A stretch of DNA of 62,584 nucleotides from a virus. Lineage: Duplodnaviria; Caudoviricetes. The DNA lies in the IMG/VR virus record IMGVR_UViG_3300018036_000008, positions 1 through 62,584 of that record, one strand, 5' to 3'. The first letter of the stretch is position 1. Each line of letters begins with the position of its first letter. Below are positions 57,115 to 62,584 of this stretch, piece by piece. The position numbers and the translations under genes were made by a program. A model generated the notes under the pieces. It did not search any database and had not been told where the DNA came from. It saw only the letters and a program-made list of their open reading frames with translations.

Positions 57115-57918
57115 ATGAAATACGATTTATCTAACAACCCAGAACTGGCTAACTTTTTAGATACAACTTTAGCCTTACAAGGTACCAGTATACCCTTATA
57201 CCAAGACGGTATTGGTAGAGTGGAATACATTCAGCATATGGGTACCGACCTTACAATGGTTAATAGTGCTCGTGTGTCTTTTGGTACAAGTAGTACAGAA
57301 CTAACACAAAGAGATAAGAAACTAATCAATCATCTTATTAATAAGAAACATACTAGTACATTGGAACACAATGTAATCACTTTTAAGTTTGTTGTTCCTA
57401 TCTTTGTTCGGTCCCAACATCATCGACACAGAACCTGGAGCTATAATGAAATCTCAAGGCGGTACACTCAAAAGGACTTACAGTTCTACACACCAAGTGA
57501 GTTTAGAACACAACATAAAAGTGATAGACAGGCGTCTAACTTAGATAGTCATTTTAATCCGACAATTACACCTAGTTTTGTAGATACTTATGTAGAGACA
57601 GATAAAGCAGTAAAAGCCTTTAAAGATAGTGCTTTAGACTTATACAATCAAATGTTAAACAAAGGTGTGTGTAAGGAACAAGCACGAATGGTATTACCAC
57701 AAAACATGTATACAGAATACTACGGTACCACAAACCTTAACAATGCTTTTAAGTTTTTGTATCTTCGTTTAGATAAACATGCCCAATGGGAAATTATTAA
57801 AGTAGCCGAGGCTATGTTAGAGATACTTGTAAAAGCTTATCCTTATGCCACACAAGTGTTTATTAATAGTCTAAAAGACAATCCAAACTATGAAAACTAC
57901 GAACACTTACTTAGTTAG
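57115..57918 (+). CDS. thyX: FAD-dependent thymidylate synthase
   Basis: NSARVSF, HTSTLEH, RHRTWSYNEISRRY, EQARMVLP, HAQWEI. Confidence 0.97.
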   Translation: MKYDLSNNPELANFLDTTLALQGTSIPLYQDGIGRVEYIQHMGTDLTMVNSARVSFGTSSTELTQRDKKLINHLINKKHTSTLEHNVITFKFVVPIFVRSQHHRHRTWSYNEISRRYTQKDLQFYTPSEFRTQHKSDRQASNLDSHFNPTITPSFVDTYVETDKAVKAFKDSALDLYNQMLNKGVCKEQARMVLPQNMYTEYYGTTNLNNAFKFLYLRLDKHAQWEIIKVAEAMLEILVKAYPYATQVFINSLKDNPNYENYEHLLS

Positions 57919-57938
57919 TATTGTTTACATTACAAAGT

Positions 57939-57972
57939 AAAAAACCCACCTAACATACATTAGGTGGGTTTT
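57939..57972. terminator. Bidirectional terminator between thyX and the actin gene
   Basis: AAAACCCACCTAA/TTAGGTGGGTTTT. Confidence 0.88.
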
Positions 57973-57992
57973 GTTTTATACAGATAGTAGAG

Positions 57993-58985
57993 TTAATCTT
58001 CGTACTCTTGCATTGCTTGAATAAGAAGACCTTTGGCTACAGCATTAAGTGGATCACTTGCGTGTCTAATTTCGGACACTTCGAACGGAAACTTACGCAT
58101 CTTCTTTTTAAAGACTCTAGTAAAGAAAGGTACGAAACTACCAGCCATACTTGTACCGCCGGATATAACAATGGGTACAGGCTTAGGCATTGAAAACTTA
58201 TCCTTAATTTTATTGAACTCACTAATAGTTTGTTCAATACAGTATTCGATAAGGGACTTGTAATACAAAGCCAAGGCTTCTTCTTCTCTGGACTTAGGTT
58301 CCATTAAGTCAATACCCTTTTCTTTAATAGCACACATACGAGACTTAGTAGACCCAACAGCTTTAGCGGCTCCTTCGTCGATCCAATCACCACCTCTGGC
58401 TACAGAAAAAGTCATCGCTTCCATGCCCGATATGCTAAGAGCAAGATTACACATACCACTACCAAAAGAAATTCCAAGTCCAGAGAAGCCATCCTTAGCC
58501 GTCTCTGCGTAGACAATAGCCATTGCTTCATTACTTGCAAACGCTTCATAACCACATTCCTCTACAATTCTTTCGAACACACCTTTATGGTAAATAACAT
58601 CTCTCTTTTCATCAATAGGAGCCGCCGGTACAGAAAAGAAACAGACTTCGTTTTCTTCTCTAGGCTCACCTAAAACAGACTTGATAAGTGTACCTAGAAC
58701 ACTTAAAGCATCTAACTCACCTGCACTAATAAGACCTTGGGATAAAGGACGACTAACTTCTGTACCAAACACATTAGCCATTTCTAAAGCGGCGTCTCCT
58801 ACTACAACAACACCTTCTTCCCCTCTATCAATGAAGTCTACTCCAGATAGTTTTAACATCTTCTTAGCGTCCGCGTCTAAGGGTAAGAATGCGTCTCTCA
58901 TTCTACTTGTGGTAGTTTTATTTTCTACCATCTTAGCACTAACTAAGTTCATTGTACCAATGTCTAATCCAACACCTTTACTCAT
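57993..58985 (-). CDS. Actin-like ATPase, volactin-like (MreB/MamK superfamily)
   Basis: Phosphate-1 GLDIGT, connect-1 NEAMA, phosphate-2 GISFGSG, RGGDWID, adenosine ISGGTS, connect-2 DPLNAVAKG. Confidence 0.92.
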   Translation of the reverse strand: MSKGVGLDIGTMNLVSAKMVENKTTTSRMRDAFLPLDADAKKMLKLSGVDFIDRGEEGVVVVGDAALEMANVFGTEVSRPLSQGLISAGELDALSVLGTLIKSVLGEPREENEVCFFSVPAAPIDEKRDVIYHKGVFERIVEECGYEAFASNEAMAIVYAETAKDGFSGLGISFGSGMCNLALSISGMEAMTFSVARGGDWIDEGAAKAVGSTKSRMCAIKEKGIDLMEPKSREEEALALYYKSLIEYCIEQTISEFNKIKDKFSMPKPVPIVISGGTSMAGSFVPFFTRVFKKKMRKFPFEVSEIRHASDPLNAVAKGLLIQAMQEYED

Positions 58986-58995
58986 AAAGAATCTC

Positions 58996-59640
58996 CTATT
59001 TATTCTTGCGTAATTGTTTTAAAGCTTTTAAAGCATCTTGTAAGTCTTGTGTAGTATCTGTACTACTTTGCTGAGCGTTCACTTGTACTTGTTTTTCTTC
59101 CTGTACAATCTGGGAAGGTATAAACATAGGCTCTTCTATATTAACACCAGATTTATTTACACTTGTATTAGTATTACTCACAGTAATACCGCCACTTTGA
59201 CTTATAGCATTCGAAACGGCCTGTTCTACTTGATTTTGTATGTCTATAGTAGGACTTTGTGTGGGTTGTTGTGTACTTAACATATCTTGTAAAGTACCCA
59301 TCACCATGGCTAATACTTCATTAGTAGCTTTTGCAACAGCCTTTTCCACAACTTGATCCACATCCACATTAGGTGTTTCATTATTAGGAGGTGTGTGTAG
59401 ACCTCCTTTATGGGGTCTAGACATTTTTGTTGTCCTTACAGGCGCTCGTGCCACATGATGTATAACTCTGGCTCTTGGTTTATTTAAACATCTAACAGTA
59501 CCTAACTTTTCTAGGTTTTGTAGTACAGTGGATGTACTGTACTGAGTTTCTGTAATCCATACGGGTATACCTGGTTGTAAAGCAATACCTAAGTCGCCGA
59601 TTACAATCCCAGTCTGTTGTGTTACTACTTGTATTTTCAT
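58996..59640 (-). CDS. Hypothetical protein, candidate actin adaptor
   Basis: Small N-terminal domain, P/T/Q/S linker, C-terminal helix DLQDALKALKQLRKNK; ends 10 nt before the actin ATG. Confidence 0.75.
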   Translation of the reverse strand: MKIQVVTQQTGIVIGDLGIALQPGIPVWITETQYSTSTVLQNLEKLGTVRCLNKPRARVIHHVARAPVRTTKMSRPHKGGLHTPPNNETPNVDVDQVVEKAVAKATNEVLAMVMGTLQDMLSTQQPTQSPTIDIQNQVEQAVSNAISQSGGITVSNTNTSVNKSGVNIEEPMFIPSQIVQEEKQVQVNAQQSSTDTTQDLQDALKALKQLRKNK

Positions 59641-59667
59641 AGATAAACCTCTTAATAACAATGGTGT

Positions 59668-59681
59668 ATAAACAGATTATT
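59668..59681 (-). promoter_or_regulatory. Putative late promoter AATAATCTGTTTAT
   Basis: Consensus match 28 nt before ATG 59640. Confidence 0.6.
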
Positions 59682-60198
59682 ACTTTAAAGGATTATGTGT
59701 TTTAAGTAACTGACCAACCTTTTTAGGAAGTATTACCTTTAAAGCGTTTTCATAACCTTCTTTAATACTTCTCTCTAAAAAGTCGTATCTTTTAAAACCT
59801 GGGTGTGTCCAAGTTTTACCATTACTAGGTGTTGTTCTAACTAAAGACACACCACCTTGAACTTGTATACGGGCTTTACTTACATTAGGTTGTGTTAACC
59901 ATGTCATTGGATAAGGTCTTTCTGGGTTGTCCTTTGATGTGTGAACTTCCGCTGTAGGCCAATCACTCGTTATTTCTATTCCTTTGTTTGTAACAGACAC
60001 CTTAAAAGAGTCTACAAACTCTTTGGACTTTGGTAGTGTTACAAGTTTTGTAGAAGCACTTAAAGCCATATCCTTTTTTATGTTCTTCACTAAAGCTTTT
60101 TGAACTTCTTGTTGGATTATCTTTAAGTCTGAATTGTCTAACTTGATCGTAGCCTTACTTAAAAGCTTACCTTTTCCCGTAAGGTGTGTTCCATTCAT
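59680..60198 (-). CDS. Putative neck/tail-completion protein (HK97 gp10-like)
   Basis: C-terminal WTHPG..RYDFLERSI; follows the neck gene. Confidence 0.5.
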   Translation of the reverse strand: MNGTHLTGKGKLLSKATIKLDNSDLKIIQQEVQKALVKNIKKDMALSASTKLVTLPKSKEFVDSFKVSVTNKGIEITSDWPTAEVHTSKDNPERPYPMTWLTQPNVSKARIQVQGGVSLVRTTPSNGKTWTHPGFKRYDFLERSIKEGYENALKVILPKKVGQLLKTHNPLK

Positions 60199-62327
60199 TT
60201 CTTACCACCATAAGTTATGTTTTGCCATACAGGTGTTCTACCTCTCTGTTGTCTTCCTTCCGGTATGTCTGGATGGTCCGACATCATAGGACTTGCTTGG
60301 TAATCATAACCTACAGGATAAGGGGCGTTGTCTTCACAAGGTACATCCTCTGGTCTTGTAACTCTTGTTTGAGGCCATGGTAATCTTTCTAAAGGTGACA
60401 TTGGTACTCTGTATCGTATGTCTGTTGTATCTAAGTACTTAATGTTAAAAGACTGTTGTAATACTAAACCTCTAACTTGTACTCGAGACACAGGTCCAAT
60501 AGAAAAGCGTTCGCCGTTTTGTTTAACTATAAAGTCTCTTTGACTAACTGTTGGTGTAGGACCTATCCAAGTTTCATAACTATGTTCCAACACACGACCA
60601 TTAGCCGTCTGTGTTACAGCCCTTTCTGCGTCGTCTGGAGATATGATTATATCTATAGGACCCTCATAACCCCCTACCCAGCCTGTACCATAACATCGTA
60701 CACACATATTTAAAGGTTGTTTCGAGTACTCTTGTAATCTAGCGTCCCATACACAATCACAAGGATTTCCATTGGCTCTACGAATAAACAACTTTACGCG
60801 TTCTCCACCTTGTTCTAGTATCCATCTATTTCTTCTAATAGCCTCAGCCCATATGTAATCCATTTTCTCAGAGTTCATTGGACTAATAGGCTCACTGTAC
60901 TCTAAAGGTGTTTCTACTAACCCACTAGGAGACTGTCCAGTAGGATCTATGGCTACTGTTGTAAGTCTATAAAATACTTTAAATCTTCTGTCTAAGGTAT
61001 TCATTAACTTTTGTGTTTTTAGATAAGAGTAGGAAATAGTAACAACATCTTGCTCTGTTGGAATGACAGGTTCAATCATTGTTTCTGTACTAGGGTCCCA
61101 TTCAGGTTGTAAGTTTAAGTCTACCTCTCCTGTTGGACCAAACACACCCCATACAGGTACTTCTATACCATTAATCTTTACAGTTATATCGAAAGGACTA
61201 TCTGCCGGTATAGCATTACCCAACTCTTTTACCATTGGTGTGTACTTGGTCTTTAATCTCCAAGAGGGAGCGTTTCCACCATCCCCTTTAAATACCCAAC
61301 CTATATTCCAATCTACAATCTCATCTTGTACTTGTACTATGTTGGTATAGTCTCTGTAAAACAAAGAGGACACAGGTACTTTATTAACTCTAAAGTACGG
61401 ACCATATTCACTTGTGTCCGACCTATAAATGTTTACACCTATAATGTTCCACATAGAGTTAGACTTACCATTGTTTTGACACTTAACACCTACACCACCT
61501 AAAGTTTGTGTACTAGATAAAACAAGGGAAGAACTATTTGTAGTAATAGATATACCATTAGAGTTTACACCATCATAACCCATATACTCTTTAACATAGA
61601 TCGTTAAAGTATCGTTGTTGGTTATAATACTGGAGGCCATAAATAGACCAAAGTAGTTAATACTGTCATTAATAGCGGCTATTAAGGATTGTGCTATATC
61701 TAAGACATTACCTTGTACAGAGAAGTCGTTTTGTCCAGATGTACGATCTAGTCTAGCACTTAGTTTTAAGTTACCAAGTAAAACATAATCCCCATCGACA
61801 CCTCCTAATAAAGTATTACTACTTACCTGTATACTAAGTGTCGAAGAACCTATTGTCACTAAGTTACCTTGTTCTCCATCTGTGTAAGCGTACAAGTTAA
61901 CAGTACTACCATTACTTTGAGCGTAGGCTGTTTCCAGAACACTAATAGTACCGTTGTTAATAACATTCGCTATATTGGAAGCTATTGTATTAATGTTTCC
62001 ACTACTTATATCGAACTGGTTATCTTGTAAAGGTTTCCAAGGTTGTACAATTACCGCCGTTAAGAACACACCACCCACTTCTATTGTATCATTCTCTTGA
62101 GGAACACTTACAACTTCAAAGTTACCTGTGGCTCTAATAAAAGGATTAGGATTGCTTAAGACTTGAATACTAACACTGGCTTGTTTAGTGGCGGTTTGTG
62201 GACCTGTGTTAATAGTACTAGGATCATCCCATCTTATGTCTGTATCCGAAGAGTGGTAAGCCGACATAGCTGTAGCATTTTGTGGTGGCCAAGGAAAATT
62301 GCCTACTGGTGTGCTCCAACTACTCAT
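60195..62327 (-). CDS. Head-closure/neck protein with N-terminal accessory domains
   Basis: C-terminal GGERVKLFIRR..CDC...CVRCYGTGWVGGY...QRDFIV; duplicated ~100-aa domain near the N-terminus. Confidence 0.65.
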   Translation of the reverse strand: MSSWSTPVGNFPWPPQNATAMSAYHSSDTDIRWDDPSTINTGPQTATKQASVSIQVLSNPNPFIRATGNFEVVSVPQENDTIEVGGVFLTAVIVQPWKPLQDNQFDISSGNINTIASNIANVINNGTISVLETAYAQSNGSTVNLYAYTDGEQGNLVTIGSSTLSIQVSSNTLLGGVDGDYVLLGNLKLSARLDRTSGQNDFSVQGNVLDIAQSLIAAINDSINYFGLFMASSIITNNDTLTIYVKEYMGYDGVNSNGISITTNSSSLVLSSTQTLGGVGVKCQNNGKSNSMWNIIGVNIYRSDTSEYGPYFRVNKVPVSSLFYRDYTNIVQVQDEIVDWNIGWVFKGDGGNAPSWRLKTKYTPMVKELGNAIPADSPFDITVKINGIEVPVWGVFGPTGEVDLNLQPEWDPSTETMIEPVIPTEQDVVTISYSYLKTQKLMNTLDRRFKVFYRLTTVAIDPTGQSPSGLVETPLEYSEPISPMNSEKMDYIWAEAIRRNRWILEQGGERVKLFIRRANGNPCDCVWDARLQEYSKQPLNMCVRCYGTGWVGGYEGPIDIIISPDDAERAVTQTANGRVLEHSYETWIGPTPTVSQRDFIVKQNGERFSIGPVSRVQVRGLVLQQSFNIKYLDTTDIRYRVPMSPLERLPWPQTRVTRPEDVPCEDNAPYPVGYDYQASPMMSDHPDIPEGRQQRGRTPVWQNITYGGKK

Positions 62328-62338
62328 ACTCTTCCTGT

Positions 62339-62584
62339 TTACTTAGCGGTTTCTAAGTCTTGAATAAGTTTATCCAGATCTTCGTTCATTATGTCGACAT
62401 TGTTATGTAGTGTTTCAAGGTGGTTAGTACAAGTGTCTAAATGAGATGACATGTTATTCTTCTTGTGTGTTTTAGAAAGAACGGGCGTTGGTCGTGTTTG
62501 TACCAACGCCACAGGATCTTCTTTTAAGTGGTGGGCACTTACAAGATTTTCTGTGACATAAATTAAGAATAGGAAAACAGTTAA
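62339..62584 (-). CDS. Partial ORF (hydrophobic segment plus coiled coil), truncated at the right edge
   Basis: Hand-translated ...LTVFLFLIYV...EDLDKLIQDLETAK*. Confidence 0.55.
   Translation of the reverse strand, partial: LTVFLFLIYVTENLVSAHHLKEDPVALVQTRPTPVLSKTHKKNNMSSHLDTCTNHLETLHNNVDIMNEDLDKLIQDLETAK

Noticed and set aside
57993-58985. Archaeal virus origin, suggested by the volactin-like actin
   Set aside because: Three sigma-70 factors, a peptidoglycan-binding domain and hairpin/U-tract terminators point to a bacterial host.
2838-62363. Many 60-190-aa ORFs antisense to long genes (e.g. 12576..12959, 15567..16091, 31619..32065, 34868..35434)
   Set aside because: They lie wholly within well-supported opposite-strand CDSs and show no RBS or motifs; they are shadow ORFs.
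1-62584. Stop-codon reassignment, as seen in some large phages
   Set aside because: The standard code already gives near-complete coding density and intact conserved genes; TAA, TAG and TGA all end plausible genes.
1-62584. tRNA genes, CRISPR array, IS/transposase, reverse transcriptase, PhuZ/chimallin
   Set aside because: None recognised by eye in the short intergenic gaps or the ORFs; tRNAscan and HMM searches would be needed to exclude divergent copies.

Overview
Densely coding, AT-rich fragment of a large (jumbo-type) tailed bacteriophage, probably a myovirus. It reads with the standard genetic code and has AGGAG-type RBSs. I saw no tRNA, CRISPR array or IS. From left to right it carries: acidic orphan genes and a thermonuclease; a preQ0/7-deazaguanine DNA-modification cluster (queE-folE, dpdA-queC, queD) whose DpdA looks bacterial-type; and a ~28 kb minus-strand tail/baseplate module (3573-aa giant protein, spike, hub, two tube-initiator-like paralogs, tape measure, two chaperone paralogs). 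Next come an Hc1-like protein, a tail tube gene, three tandem acidic paralogs, a SNF2 helicase, SprT, cold-shock, Rho-N and SWIM proteins, three sigma-70-type factors, a PLD nuclease, small orphans, a DEDDh exonuclease and thyX. The right end is a neck/head-completion cluster ending in a two-gene unit that encodes a volactin-like actin and a candidate adaptor. A recurring WATA-N5-TTTAT motif (putative late promoter) links the actin unit, the tube gene and a dispersed family of proteins sharing a helical motif. All family calls come from motif recognition by eye and from memory; no searches were run.
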